NCBI GenBank assembly: GCA_964514595.1
Contig: CAZEQZ010000002.1
Location: 185,663 to 249,662, forward strand
DNA length: 64,000 nucleotides
Direction: 5' to 3'
DNA from: an uncultured Candidatus Saccharibacteria bacterium
GTDB lineage: Bacteria; Patescibacteriota; Dojkabacteria; SC72
Part shown: positions 19,512 through 29,859 of the stretch, piece after piece
Layout: every line of letters begins with the position of its first letter
Numbering within the stretch: the first letter of the stretch is position 1
The notes under the pieces: generated by a model
Told to the model about the DNA's origin: nothing
Seen by the model: only the letters and a program-made list of their open reading frames with translations
Databases searched by the model: none
Translations under genes and position numbers: made by a program

Positions 19512-20094
19512 TCGTTAATCTACTTTCCAAAATCTTAATATTCTCACTATCTACCAATACTTTCTTACTTGAAGCCAAATGTTTTGCATTTAACTTCGTC
19601 GGACTAACAGTATTTACTTTCTTGTTGTTTCTAAGCGTTAAGGCTACATCTTCTTTGTCTGTAATTACCAAGGTGTTCTTTTCATTAGCATCTCTTAATT
19701 TTTTAGCTTGTGCCTGTGTTAATTTCACAAAATCCAAATCTTTCTTTCTTAATCTGTCTGAAAGCATTACACATGTAGCTTTCTTGGCCATTTTCTTATT
19801 TATTTTTCTACTAAAATTCCTATCTACACTTGCGAATGTGACTCCACCACCAACCCACAATGGAGATCTAATTGATCCATGTCTGGCCCTTCCTGTACCC
19901 TTCTGTTTCCAAGGTTTCTTTCCTCCTCCAGATACTTCCCCTCTAGATTTCTGCTTTATGGTACCTTTCCTTTCATTGGAGAAGTAGACATAGAGGACCT
20001 GAGCAACTAAGTCCCCATTGTATGGTAACTCCCATACTGAGGGATTTAATACTAATTTTTCTTCTTTTTTAGTTGTTTTTTTTGTTTCTGCCAT
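19501..20094 (-). CDS. rplD: 50S ribosomal protein L4
   Basis: VSGGGKKPWKQKGTGRARHGSIRSP. Confidence 0.97.
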   Translation of the reverse strand: MAETKKTTKKEEKLVLNPSVWELPYNGDLVAQVLYVYFSNERKGTIKQKSRGEVSGGGKKPWKQKGTGRARHGSIRSPLWVGGGVTFASVDRNFSRKINKKMAKKATCVMLSDRLRKKDLDFVKLTQAQAKKLRDANEKNTLVITDKEDVALTLRNNKKVNTVSPTKLNAKHLASSKKVLVDSENIKILESRLTNEK

Positions 20095-20096
20095 TT

Positions 20097-20681
20097 CTAT
20101 TCTGAATATATTGCTACTACATCTCCTTTAGAACCTGGTATTGGTCCTAAAATCAATATTAGACTATCTTTAATATCAATTATCTCCCTACCTTTTAGGG
20201 TAATCCTGTCCTGCCCCATTCTCCCACCCATCTTCTTTCCTTTAAGTACTCTACCTGGATCTGTACCTGCTCCTATGGATCCTGGTGCTCTTTGTCTATC
20301 TGATTGACCATGTGTCCTTGGACCACCTTTAAATCCCCACCTTTTTACAACTCCCTGAAACCCTTTTCCTTTAGAAGTTCCACTAATTGTTACCTTATCT
20401 CCAGCCACAAATGTCTCAGCTTTTATTTCACTTCCAGGAGTTATTTCCTCCGAAAGTGATCCTTTAAAATATTCCCTGTTCATAGGTACCTTTCCTGTGG
20501 CTTTATATTTACCCTCCATTGACTTAATTGAGCTTTTCTTTTGGCCTAACCCCAATTCGAAACCTTCTGGTTCTAAATGAGAAAGGACACATCCCTCTGT
20601 GTCTATGACAGTAACGGGGACGACTTTGTCATCCTTAAAAACCCTTGTCATTCCTTTTTTTATTCCAATTAAAGCTTTCAT
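20097..20681 (-). CDS. rplC: 50S ribosomal protein L3
   Basis: KKGMTR, SKGKGFQGVVKRWGF, RAPGSIG. Confidence 0.97.
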   Translation of the reverse strand: MKALIGIKKGMTRVFKDDKVVPVTVIDTEGCVLSHLEPEGFELGLGQKKSSIKSMEGKYKATGKVPMNREYFKGSLSEEITPGSEIKAETFVAGDKVTISGTSKGKGFQGVVKRWGFKGGPRTHGQSDRQRAPGSIGAGTDPGRVLKGKKMGGRMGQDRITLKGREIIDIKDSLILILGPIPGSKGDVVAIYSE

Positions 20682-20697
20682 TAAGCTAATATATAAT

Positions 20698-21009
20698 TTA
20701 TTGTATTCCTATATCCACACCGGCAGGCATCTGAAGATGCTGTAGGGCATCTATTGTCTTAGGGGTAGGATCAATGATATCTATTATTCTTTTATGAGTG
20801 TTAATCTCAAAGTGTTCAATTGAGCTTTTGTAAATAAATGGCGAACGATTGACTGCTACTTTTCTTTTTCTTGTTGGTAGTGGTATAGGACCAGCCACCT
20901 TAGCACCCGTGCTTATAGCGGTCTCTATAATACTTCTTGCTGATTTATCTACTACAACAGAGTCATAACCCTTAAGTTTTACTCTAATTTTTGCAGTGTT
21001 ATTAGCCAT
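20698..21009 (-). CDS. rpsJ: 30S ribosomal protein S10
   Basis: [18 protein letters not shown]. Confidence 0.98.
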   Translation of the reverse strand: MANNTAKIRVKLKGYDSVVVDKSARSIIETAISTGAKVAGPIPLPTRKRKVAVNRSPFIYKSSIEHFEINTHKRIIDIIDPTPKTIDALQHLQMPAGVDIGIQ

Positions 21010-21042
21010 TCTATTTAAAAGAGCTAAATTAAATTATTATGC

Positions 21043-21068
21043 TCAGAGGGCAGATACCTGCCCTCTGA
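21043..21068 (-). terminator. Strong hairpin after tuf (weak terminator or mRNA stabiliser)
   Basis: Perfect 11-bp stem TCAGAGGGCAG-atac-CTGCCCTCTGA; no clear U-tract follows. Confidence 0.55.
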
Positions 21069-21076
21069 TACTTAAC

Positions 21077-22246
21077 CTACTTTATAATCTCAGTAACTAC
21101 TCCGTGACCTACTGTTTGACCACCTTCTCTAATTGCAAATGTAACACCCTTTTCTATTGCAACTTGAGATACTAACTTAACGGTAAATTCAGTATTATCA
21201 CCAGGAGCTACCATCTCAGTACCTTCCTCCAACACAACCTCACCTGTAACATCAGCTGTTCTTACATAGAACTGAGGCTTATACCCTGTTACGAAAGGAG
21301 TGTGTCTTCCACCTTCCTCTTTACTTAACACATATACCTCTGCCTTAAATTCTGTATGAGTTGTAACAGATCCTGGTATTGCCAATATCTGACCTCTTTC
21401 AATATCTTCCCTCTTAAGACCTCTTAATAGGATACCGACATTATCTCCTGCTTGACCTTCGTTCAATGTTTTATTAAACATCTCTACTCCAGTTACTGCT
21501 GTCTTCTGAGCTTTTCTTCCCATTCCAAGTATTTCTACATCCTGACCTACTTTTATTACTCCTCTCTCAATTCTTCCTGTTGCAACTGTTCCTCTTCCTT
21601 CGATAGAGAATACATCTTCTACAGGCATAAGGAATGGTTTGTCTATATCTCTTTCTGGCAAATCAATATATTCGTCAACTGCCTTCATCAATTCTCTTAC
21701 TGATTCCAATCCCTCTTCCTCACCCTTCTCTGCCTTTAATGCATCACCTACAACTATTGGTGCATTTCCATCATAGCCATACTTCTCTAAAAGATCTTGT
21801 ATGTCGGCCTTGATGAGCTCCAATATCTCCTCATCTGCTTCACCAAACTTGTTGATGTATACCACAACCTTAGGAACCCCTACCTGCTTAGCTAGCAAAA
21901 GGTGCTCTTTTGTTTGAGGCATAGCACCATCATTGGACGATATAACTAAAATTGCACCATCCATCTGTGCTGCACCTGTGATCATATTCTTAATATAGTC
22001 TTTATGACCAGGGCAATCTACAAGTGCGTAGTGCCTATTATCAGTCTCTAACTCAACGTGTGCTACTGATATTGTAATGGACTTAGCTCTAGACTCTGGA
22101 TCTTTATCTAGCTTGTCCTTAATGCTGTCTGCTGAATCTCCAGCGAAAGCGTTTAGAATACCACGAACCAAAGTAGTCTTACCGTGATCAATATGACCTA
22201 AGGTTCCGATATTCATGTGTGGCTTTGTTCTTTCAAAATCTGCCAT
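21077..22246 (-). CDS. tuf: Elongation factor Tu (divergent G-domain)
   Basis: [54 protein letters not shown]. Confidence 0.97.
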   Translation of the reverse strand: MADFERTKPHMNIGTLGHIDHGKTTLVRGILNAFAGDSADSIKDKLDKDPESRAKSITISVAHVELETDNRHYALVDCPGHKDYIKNMITGAAQMDGAILVISSNDGAMPQTKEHLLLAKQVGVPKVVVYINKFGEADEEILELIKADIQDLLEKYGYDGNAPIVVGDALKAEKGEEEGLESVRELMKAVDEYIDLPERDIDKPFLMPVEDVFSIEGRGTVATGRIERGVIKVGQDVEILGMGRKAQKTAVTGVEMFNKTLNEGQAGDNVGILLRGLKREDIERGQILAIPGSVTTHTEFKAEVYVLSKEEGGRHTPFVTGYKPQFYVRTADVTGEVVLEEGTEMVAPGDNTEFTVKLVSQVAIEKGVTFAIREGGQTVGHGVVTEIIK

Positions 22247-22319
22247 GAATATATTGTTAAAAAATTAAATATATTTTCTTTTAATACACAAATTCTCTCA
22301 AATTGAGAACCTGCGATGA

Positions 22320-22348
22320 ATATTATCAAAAAGTAGTGATAGTTGCAA
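22320..22348 (-). promoter_or_regulatory. Sigma70 promoter for tuf
   Basis: TTGCAA-17 nt-TAATAT with TGn extension. Confidence 0.6.
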
Positions 22349-22364
22349 GAGGATTATACTATAT

Positions 22365-23192
22365 TTACCAGTTTTTCGTATCCTTTCTGTGCAACTCTAT
22401 TCCCTTTGTCACAATACTGACTGTTAACATTAGAAACATAACTGTACTTAAAGCAAAAACCCCCAGATCATACTGTGTAGCTATATATCCATATATGTCA
22501 TAGTAGTTGATGGGCAAGAAAAACATTACTACAGCGACCATTATTCCGATTATCCTTATCTCAGTAGGTCCAAACCAACCAAATGAATTCTGACATTTAT
22601 TTTCTACATATACCAACAAATCAACGTTTAACATCATTGCAAGGTATACGCAGACTAGGAGGAGGGAGATCTCTATCTTAACAAAACCTGATAGTCCCAA
22701 ACCTAATCCAAACATTATTATGACGATCGCATCTACTATTTTATCTATATAATATCCATAGTGAGGTCTTGTTTTCTTCCTATACCTAGCAATGCTTCCG
22801 TCAAATGAGTCTCCAAACCAATTAACTATTAATCCGATAATTACGAGAACAAGGTAGTATCTGTTAAAAAATCCTAATACAAATCCCGCTGATACCATAG
22901 CAACTCCTAAAATCCCTATTGCTGTCAAATGATCAGGATTCATCCACAATGGGATTCTTGGGCATATTATCTCCTTCAATTTTTCTTCGACCTTTGCTGT
23001 GATTGCAGTATTAACTGTATCCTGAGTATCTCTCTTATACCTTACCTTAAGATTCTCTAAGTCAAACACTATTTCACCCATCCTAATATCCTCTATCCAA
23101 TGCCTTATCTCATCTACAACATTTTGAAATTTACCTTCCCTAAGGTATTCATTTATCTTGTTTATTCTATTTTTAGAGAATTTTTCTGACAT
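22365..23192 (-). CDS. CDP-alcohol phosphatidyltransferase family protein
   Basis: PDHLT and signature D-x2-DG-x2-AR...G-x3-D-x3-D (DSFDGSIARY...GYYIDKIVD); multiple TM helices. Confidence 0.92.
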   Translation of the reverse strand: MSEKFSKNRINKINEYLREGKFQNVVDEIRHWIEDIRMGEIVFDLENLKVRYKRDTQDTVNTAITAKVEEKLKEIICPRIPLWMNPDHLTAIGILGVAMVSAGFVLGFFNRYYLVLVIIGLIVNWFGDSFDGSIARYRKKTRPHYGYYIDKIVDAIVIIMFGLGLGLSGFVKIEISLLLVCVYLAMMLNVDLLVYVENKCQNSFGWFGPTEIRIIGIMVAVVMFFLPINYYDIYGYIATQYDLGVFALSTVMFLMLTVSIVTKGIELHRKDTKNW

Positions 23193-23194
23193 AT

Positions 23195-25297
23195 TTATGC
23201 ATTTTTACCAGAAATTTCTTCTGCTACATTTTTAGGAACCTCTGCATAGTGGGAAGGTTCAATATTTGGCGTACCTCTACCACTAGTTATAGATCTTAAC
23301 TCATTTGTATACCCAAACAACTCCGAGAGAGGAACCATTGCAGTAATTCTACTGATACTGTTCCCCAAGCTTTCGGTTCCTTGTATTTGGCCTCTCTTGC
23401 TACTCAATGATCCCGTGACATCACCCATGTGGGCATCAGGAGTTTCTACCTCTACTTTCATAATTGGCTCCAAAAGAATAGGATCTCCATTTCTACAACC
23501 ATCCTTAAATGCCATAGATCCAGCAACTTTAAATGCAGCTTCAGAGGAGTCCACCTCGTGGTATGAACCATCATATAGTGTGACCTTTATATCTACTACT
23601 GGATAGCCAGCAACTACACCTGTCTTCATTGCTTCCTCTACACCCTTCTGTATAGCTGGGATAAATTCTCTAGGTATTGCTCCACCTTTAATAGCATTAA
23701 CAAATTCGAAACCTTTTCCAGATTCATTAGGTTCAAGTTTCAACCAACAGTGACCATACTGTCCTTTACCACCAGACTGTTTTACATATCTACCCTCAGA
23801 TTGCTCAACTACTCTCTTAATAGTTTCTCTGTATGCTACCTGCGGTTTACCAACATTAGCAATTACACCAAATTCTCTCTTCATCCTATCTACAATTATC
23901 TCCAAATGAAGCTCTCCCATACCGTGTATTATTGTTTGACCCGTTTCTTGATTGCTTGAAACATGGAATGTCGGATCTTCCTTCACCAACCTTCCCAAAG
24001 CTTCTGACATCTTCTCTTCATCTGATTTAGTAGCTGGTTCAATTGCTTGTGATACAACTGGTTCAGCAAATGATATTTTTTCAAGTATTATTGGGTTACT
24101 TTCATCACAAAGAGTATCTCCTGTTACAGAATCTTTAAGACCTACAATTGCCCCGATATCTCCTACTCTTAACGAATCAACTTCCTCTCTCTCATCCGCA
24201 TGCATTAGTATCAATCTACTAACTCTCTCTCTTTGTCCTTTTGTAGAGTTTAAGACATATGAACCCGCATCTATCTTTCCAGAATATATTCTGAAATAGG
24301 ATAGGTTCCCAATATGAGGATCATTTACTATCTTAAACACCAAAGAGGAGAATGGTTCCGACTCTTCGGCTTTTCTTTCAATCTCTTCTTGTGTCTTTGG
24401 ATGTATTCCCTTAACTGGAGGGGTCTCTGTCGGAGATGGAAGACATATTGTTATGTAGTCTAGTAGTGTTTTGGCCATTGCTGTTCTTGAATCTCCACCT
24501 AATACAGGAAATATTTTCCCCTCTAATGTTCCTTTCCTCAAAGCAGAGTATAGCTCGTCAGTACTTAACTCCTCCCCAGAGAAATATTTCTCCATTAAAG
24601 CATCATCCTGCTCTGCCAATATCTCTACCAATTCCTCCCTCAATTTATTAACCGTATCTTTGATGTCATCAGGAATCTCTACCTCTATTAAGTCGGGGGT
24701 ATCTATCCCTTTATACTCATACGCTTGCATTTTAACTAAGTCAACATATCCATGTAGCTGTTGCTCTTTTCCTATAGGGAATGTTACTGCTATTGCTTTA
24801 TTACTTAACCTATCCTTTATGGTCTTAAAACTTGTTTCAAAGCTTCCACCTATAAGATTTATTTTATTCATAAAGCAGATACGAGGAACTTTGTATTTAT
24901 TGGCTTGTCTCCATACAGTCTCTGATTGTGGTTCAACTCCCTTTCTTCCGTCAAATACTACTACGGCACCATCCAATACTCTTAATGATCTTTCAACTTC
25001 TGCTGTAAAATCAACATGACCTGGGGTATCTATTATGTTTATTCTATATCGATCGCCCTTATAATCCCAGAAACATGTAACGGCTGCGGACATTATTGTA
25101 ATACCTCTTTCCTTTTCCTGTTCCATGAAATCTGTAGTAGCAGCTCCTTCATGCACCTCCCCTATTTTGTGTACCTGCCCTGTGAAGTATAGAAGTCTTT
25201 CTGTAGTTGTAGTTTTACCAGCATCAATATGTGCTATTATTCCAATATTTCTTACCTTGTCCAAGGGCATTTTGACATTATATGTACTCTTATCCAT
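23195..25297 (-). CDS. fusA: Elongation factor G
   Basis: AHIDAGKTTTTER, ERGITI, DTPGHVDF, GMGELHLEI, PQVAYRET. Confidence 0.98.
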   Translation of the reverse strand: MDKSTYNVKMPLDKVRNIGIIAHIDAGKTTTTERLLYFTGQVHKIGEVHEGAATTDFMEQEKERGITIMSAAVTCFWDYKGDRYRINIIDTPGHVDFTAEVERSLRVLDGAVVVFDGRKGVEPQSETVWRQANKYKVPRICFMNKINLIGGSFETSFKTIKDRLSNKAIAVTFPIGKEQQLHGYVDLVKMQAYEYKGIDTPDLIEVEIPDDIKDTVNKLREELVEILAEQDDALMEKYFSGEELSTDELYSALRKGTLEGKIFPVLGGDSRTAMAKTLLDYITICLPSPTETPPVKGIHPKTQEEIERKAEESEPFSSLVFKIVNDPHIGNLSYFRIYSGKIDAGSYVLNSTKGQRERVSRLILMHADEREEVDSLRVGDIGAIVGLKDSVTGDTLCDESNPIILEKISFAEPVVSQAIEPATKSDEEKMSEALGRLVKEDPTFHVSSNQETGQTIIHGMGELHLEIIVDRMKREFGVIANVGKPQVAYRETIKRVVEQSEGRYVKQSGGKGQYGHCWLKLEPNESGKGFEFVNAIKGGAIPREFIPAIQKGVEEAMKTGVVAGYPVVDIKVTLYDGSYHEVDSSEAAFKVAGSMAFKDGCRNGDPILLEPIMKVEVETPDAHMGDVTGSLSSKRGQIQGTESLGNSISRITAMVPLSELFGYTNELRSITSGRGTPNIEPSHYAEVPKNVAEEISGKNA

Positions 25298-25352
25298 TAT
25301 ATTTATCTAAAAATTAACAAAAGGAAGGGAAGTTAAGACCTTCGCAGTTGCG

Positions 25353-25361
25353 ATTATAGCA
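25353..25361 (-). promoter_or_regulatory. Extended -10 promoter for fusA
   Basis: TGCTATAAT about 55 nt upstream of the ATG. Confidence 0.55.
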
Positions 25362-25364
25362 AAA

Positions 25365-26810
25365 CTACCTTAAAGAAGACAACAGCTTTCTCGCTTCCTC
25401 CGTAACTTCATATTCTAAATCGTACTCTATGGCCTTTTCCAATGATTGGATGGCTAATTCTACTTCGTTATCCTTGATCTGTGTTTGAGCGAGGAAAAGG
25501 TTATAGTATGGATTAAACTTATCTATACTAACCAACTTAACCATATATTCATCCACATCACCATCTGATTCTAGGAGTACCATTATCTTCCATTGGAGAT
25601 ACTCTTTCTCATCACTTCCAGTTAATTCCAATCCCTCCAGTTTACTAAGATAAAAATCCACCTTAACACTTTCATTCAAATTATAATGTGTTTTAACGGA
25701 GAGGAGATTTAGATACGGTTCATCGGGAAGCAAGAGTAGCAGGTCCTTAACTAATTCATTTGCCTTCAACCCCTGTTTATTATCCAGCAGAATATCTATA
25801 TATTCCTTTACCAAATCTGAGTTAACTTCAGCCCCTGCATAACCAATTGCCCCATCATAGCTCTTAACCATATTATCTAAATCATTATCCATAAGGTACG
25901 CTCTAGCTTTTGTCCAAAGAATTTCAGTTTCCATTCCACCCAAGGTTAGGGCTCTGTCTAAAGTTTCTATTGCTTTTTCGTAGTCACCAAAGTCAAAATA
26001 CGCCCTACCCAAGAAATACATACCCTCCAGATATTCTGACATATTCTCCTTTAGTGGCCCAAGCACTAATATTGCCAAATATGGATATCCATTATTAATA
26101 TATATCCTGGCTAACTTAGATGCGTTAAATTTCTCATCATCATCCAATGAATCCAATACACCCTTAAATTCCTCATAATTCACCTGCATACTTCCAGATG
26201 GCTTCACAGAAGAGAGAGTTTTTTTTGCATTAGAGACATCCTCTACAGCATATATATATGCGAGGAGAAGATTGGCTTCCATCTTAACTTCCTCTTCATA
26301 TCCCTGTTTTTGGAACTGCTTTTTTGCTTGATTAATATCACCCAATTTTAGAAATATTTTTCCTAAAGATAGTTCTAATTGCATATTTTTTACCCCCAGA
26401 ACTAATCCTGCATCGTACATATCAAATGCTTCCCTATATTTTCCGACATCAGAATATGCATCACCTATCATATTGTATAGTATGGACCTATCGTTATTAC
26501 TAAGTGGTTTTGCAGATTTCTCTACGACCTGTTTTGCATCATCTATTCTGTTTTTTAATAACAGTACCGAAACAATACCCTCATATGCCTCAACCTTTTT
26601 GGGAACTATATCAACCGCTTCGTAATACTTCTCTATGGCCACAGAGTACTGCCTAGCTTCAGCGTGTGTTGCTGCTTCTTCCACTCTTTCGTTATAGAGT
26701 TCTAGTTGTTCTTGAGTTACTCTTCTACTTAGAACATACCAAAGGGATAGCGAAAGAATTACTAAAAGCAAAATTATCCAAGGAATATATTTCTTTAACT
26801 CTTTTTTCAT
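25365..26810 (-). CDS. Membrane-anchored tetratricopeptide repeat protein
   Basis: N-terminal TM; repeats such as YFLGRAYFDFGDYEKAIETLDRAL. Confidence 0.85.
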   Translation of the reverse strand: MKKELKKYIPWIILLLVILSLSLWYVLSRRVTQEQLELYNERVEEAATHAEARQYSVAIEKYYEAVDIVPKKVEAYEGIVSVLLLKNRIDDAKQVVEKSAKPLSNNDRSILYNMIGDAYSDVGKYREAFDMYDAGLVLGVKNMQLELSLGKIFLKLGDINQAKKQFQKQGYEEEVKMEANLLLAYIYAVEDVSNAKKTLSSVKPSGSMQVNYEEFKGVLDSLDDDEKFNASKLARIYINNGYPYLAILVLGPLKENMSEYLEGMYFLGRAYFDFGDYEKAIETLDRALTLGGMETEILWTKARAYLMDNDLDNMVKSYDGAIGYAGAEVNSDLVKEYIDILLDNKQGLKANELVKDLLLLLPDEPYLNLLSVKTHYNLNESVKVDFYLSKLEGLELTGSDEKEYLQWKIMVLLESDGDVDEYMVKLVSIDKFNPYYNLFLAQTQIKDNEVELAIQSLEKAIEYDLEYEVTEEARKLLSSLR

Positions 26811-26878
26811 TACTTTAATATATGTATGATAGAGGTAGTTGTCAATGACTTTAAATTATGTGATAGAATAGCATACTT

Positions 26879-27802
26879 ATGTACAAGAATAGTTTTGTGC
26901 ACGTACTGGTACTTTTATTCGGCATTTTTCTTCTCAATGGTGTATATTTGCTATATCCTAGGGAAACCAAATCAAAGGAATTACCGGGAAAGATCTATGA
27001 GATATATAGGGTGGATCCCGTAGAGGCAAGGCATGGAAGTCACATTAAGTTGATAACTGTAAACTATGACGGCACTATTACAAAGCATCTGTGTAGATCA
27101 TATTCGCCGGTAACTGCACTTATAGAGTTGGGATATCATATTAGTAATATGAATAAGATTACTGCCACCTCACCAATATCACAGCTTTATACTAACTCTT
27201 TTATTCTTGTTGAGACATATAGGACTACCATAGACGAAGTATTACTTGAGATACCCTTTCAAACCGTGATGAAGGGCAATGTACTATGCAAGAGTTTGTC
27301 CCAAGAGGTCAAAGAGCAAGAGGGAGTGTTGGGATTGATGACTCAGAAGGTAAAGAGGATATATCGTGGGAATACACTTATTGCAGAAGAGATTATTGAA
27401 GAACATATGGAGAGAGAAGCTAGACCTGAAATAATTATAATTCGAGGGCCAGAAGATCTGCCTACCTCTGTTCCTCAGAGAGGATACAACTGTGCATATT
27501 GGAGTGCATATATCGATGGTATTGATGCAACAATCCAAGAGAAAGAGTGGCTAAAGTTTGTAATGAGATGGGAATCAGGATGCAATGCGGAAAGTAACAA
27601 ATCTTTTCACAAAGGTCTATACCAATGGGATCCATGTTTATGGTACAAACAGTATCCTAATGAGAATATTTTTGATGGAGAGGCACAGATTAGGAGGACA
27701 CTGGAAAAGTTAAGAAACGGGGCCAATCCAAGCAGGATGTGGCCTGCAGTACATAAAAAATATTTAAGCAATTGTATCAACTGGGAAAACGGATGTTTGT
27801 AG
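26879..27802 (+). CDS. G5-domain protein with C-terminal lysozyme-like/Rpf-like transglycosylase domain
   Basis: Signal anchor; G5-like IPFQT...QEGVLG...PEIIIIRG; RWESGCN...GLYQW catalytic-Glu motif. Confidence 0.75.
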   Translation: MYKNSFVHVLVLLFGIFLLNGVYLLYPRETKSKELPGKIYEIYRVDPVEARHGSHIKLITVNYDGTITKHLCRSYSPVTALIELGYHISNMNKITATSPISQLYTNSFILVETYRTTIDEVLLEIPFQTVMKGNVLCKSLSQEVKEQEGVLGLMTQKVKRIYRGNTLIAEEIIEEHMEREARPEIIIIRGPEDLPTSVPQRGYNCAYWSAYIDGIDATIQEKEWLKFVMRWESGCNAESNKSFHKGLYQWDPCLWYKQYPNENIFDGEAQIRRTLEKLRNGANPSRMWPAVHKKYLSNCINWENGCL

Positions 27803-27811
27803 TATTTTAGA

Positions 27812-29824
27812 TCAGAAATTATTCCAACTGTAATAATCACATATTTCTTGAGGAATTTCTCCCAGAAATCTGGATGGTATTTGAGATGAGTATCCATCCC
27901 TTGTTTGCCTCCTCTCTGCGAATGTAAGGAATAGTTTCTGCTTTGCCCTAGTAATACCAACATAACAAAGTCTTCGCTCCTCTTCCATATCATCCTCTTC
28001 TAAAAATGACCTTGAGTGTGGTAGTAATCCCTCCTCCATACCAACTATAAATACATATTCAAATTCTAATCCCTTAGAAGAGTGAAGTGTCATGAGGTTA
28101 ATGTAGTTCCCACTACCATCTTGATTTTTATCCTGCTCCTGCTCTATCAAATTAATTTCATTTAGAAACATCTCTAAGCTCTTTCTTCCGTTCTTATCAG
28201 CATATGAGGAAGCAACATTCTTCAACTCAATAATATTTTCTTTTTTCATCTCGGCCTGCTCACTCCTGTCATCAAACCATTGCACATACTTAGTTTTCTC
28301 AAGTATAAAATCTATGATTTCTAAAACATCCTTTTCTTTAGAGAAGAAATATATATTTCCAAATGTATTTATTAAAGAGAAATATTTACCCCAAACATCT
28401 TTCTGAGAAGATATCTTCTCCAATGTTCCCTTACTCATTCTTATATCCTTTTCATATTCACTATTACCAACAACATACGCCCCAACTATATACTCTCCCA
28501 ATGTACAACCTGCTTCTTTAGATAGTTGGTGTAACTGAGCAACAGATTTTGGACCCATTTTCCTCGCAGGAACATTGATTATTCTATCTACACTTAATTC
28601 ATCTTTTAGATTGAAACAGAATCTAAGATAGCTAATGATATCCTTGATTTCCTTTCTTTCGTAGAATCTAAATCCGCCTACTAGTTTGTACGGAAGTCCT
28701 GACTTAAGTAGCGCTTCCTCCACTGCCCTCGATTGATAATTGGTCCTATATAATACTGCTATATCTTTCAGAGAAACCCCCATTCTTTGTAGGTATGTTA
28801 TTTGCTCTACGACATACTCTGCTTCATTTTCCTGATCACTTGCTTGATATACGGTAATGGTTTCCCCATCATTATTATCCGTCCATAGGACTTTCTCCAC
28901 CCTTGCATTGTTTTGCTCAATAACCTGAACCGCTGCTCTTATGACATTCTTCGTGGATCTGTAGTTCTGTTCTAATTTAATAACAGTTACATTCTTAAAG
29001 TCATTTGCAAATGATTGGATGTTTTTAATATTTGCTCCCCTCCATGCGTATATACCCTGATCATCATCTCCGACCACACATATATTTTGATGTTTCTCTG
29101 AGAGTAGCTTTGCAAATCTGTATTGTGCTAGGTTAGTATCCTGGTATTCATCTATTAATATATATTTATATTTCTCTTGATATCTCTTCCTAATATCTTC
29201 ATTCTCATCTAATATTTTTACTGTTAAATAGAGAAGGTCTCCGAAATCGACAGAGTTTTGCGCAAGTAGCTGTTTTTGGTACTCTGGATATATTTCTGCA
29301 GCTATATCTTCTATGTATCCTCCGTAGTGGAATTTAAATTTCTGAGGAGATATCATCTCATTTTTAGCAGCACTTATGAAGTGAGATATAGCAGCTGGTT
29401 TAATCTGTTTAATATCTATATCTCTTTCTAAGAGCAACTCCTTTATCATGTTGTCAGAATCATCGGAATCGTATATGGAGAAATTATTTGTAAGTCCCAA
29501 TTCTTTTGCATTCTGCCTTAATATCATCGCTCCTATGGAATGAAATGTGCCTATGGTGGGGATATCTTTAGATTTTACCTCCAAATCCTTAAGCAAGGAT
29601 GTTATTCTTTCTTGCATCTCTCCTGCAGCTTTTTTAGTGAATGTAACAGCTAATATGTTGTTAGGGTTAACATTCTTTTCTGTGATTAGGTATGCAATCC
29701 TATTAGTTATGACTCTGGTCTTTCCCGAACCTGCTCCTGCGAAAACTAAAAGGGGACCCTCTGTACACATAACTGCTTTCTTCTGCTCTGGATTTAATTT
29801 GTCCAGAATAGTATTGGAATCCAC
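27812..29824 (-). CDS. pcrA: UvrD/PcrA SF1 DNA helicase
   Basis: AGAGSGKTR, TFTKKAA, DEYQDTN, VGDDDQ, TLHSSKGLEF, EERRLCYVGITRA. Confidence 0.95.
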   Translation of the reverse strand: MDSNTILDKLNPEQKKAVMCTEGPLLVFAGAGSGKTRVITNRIAYLITEKNVNPNNILAVTFTKKAAGEMQERITSLLKDLEVKSKDIPTIGTFHSIGAMILRQNAKELGLTNNFSIYDSDDSDNMIKELLLERDIDIKQIKPAAISHFISAAKNEMISPQKFKFHYGGYIEDIAAEIYPEYQKQLLAQNSVDFGDLLYLTVKILDENEDIRKRYQEKYKYILIDEYQDTNLAQYRFAKLLSEKHQNICVVGDDDQGIYAWRGANIKNIQSFANDFKNVTVIKLEQNYRSTKNVIRAAVQVIEQNNARVEKVLWTDNNDGETITVYQASDQENEAEYVVEQITYLQRMGVSLKDIAVLYRTNYQSRAVEEALLKSGLPYKLVGGFRFYERKEIKDIISYLRFCFNLKDELSVDRIINVPARKMGPKSVAQLHQLSKEAGCTLGEYIVGAYVVGNSEYEKDIRMSKGTLEKISSQKDVWGKYFSLINTFGNIYFFSKEKDVLEIIDFILEKTKYVQWFDDRSEQAEMKKENIIELKNVASSYADKNGRKSLEMFLNEINLIEQEQDKNQDGSGNYINLMTLHSSKGLEFEYVFIVGMEEGLLPHSRSFLEEDDMEEERRLCYVGITRAKQKLFLTFAERRQTRDGYSSQIPSRFLGEIPQEICDYYSWNNF

Positions 29825-29859
29825 TATATATGAATAGTAAAAAGTAATTTAAAGGAATA

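Noticed and set aside
6922-25310. Many + strand ORFs in the ribosomal cluster (e.g. 7108-7647, 17508-18041, 24471-25019)
   Set aside because: They are antisense to conserved genes, with Ser/Phe/Leu-rich shadow composition. The RAYT-like ORF is the only exception.
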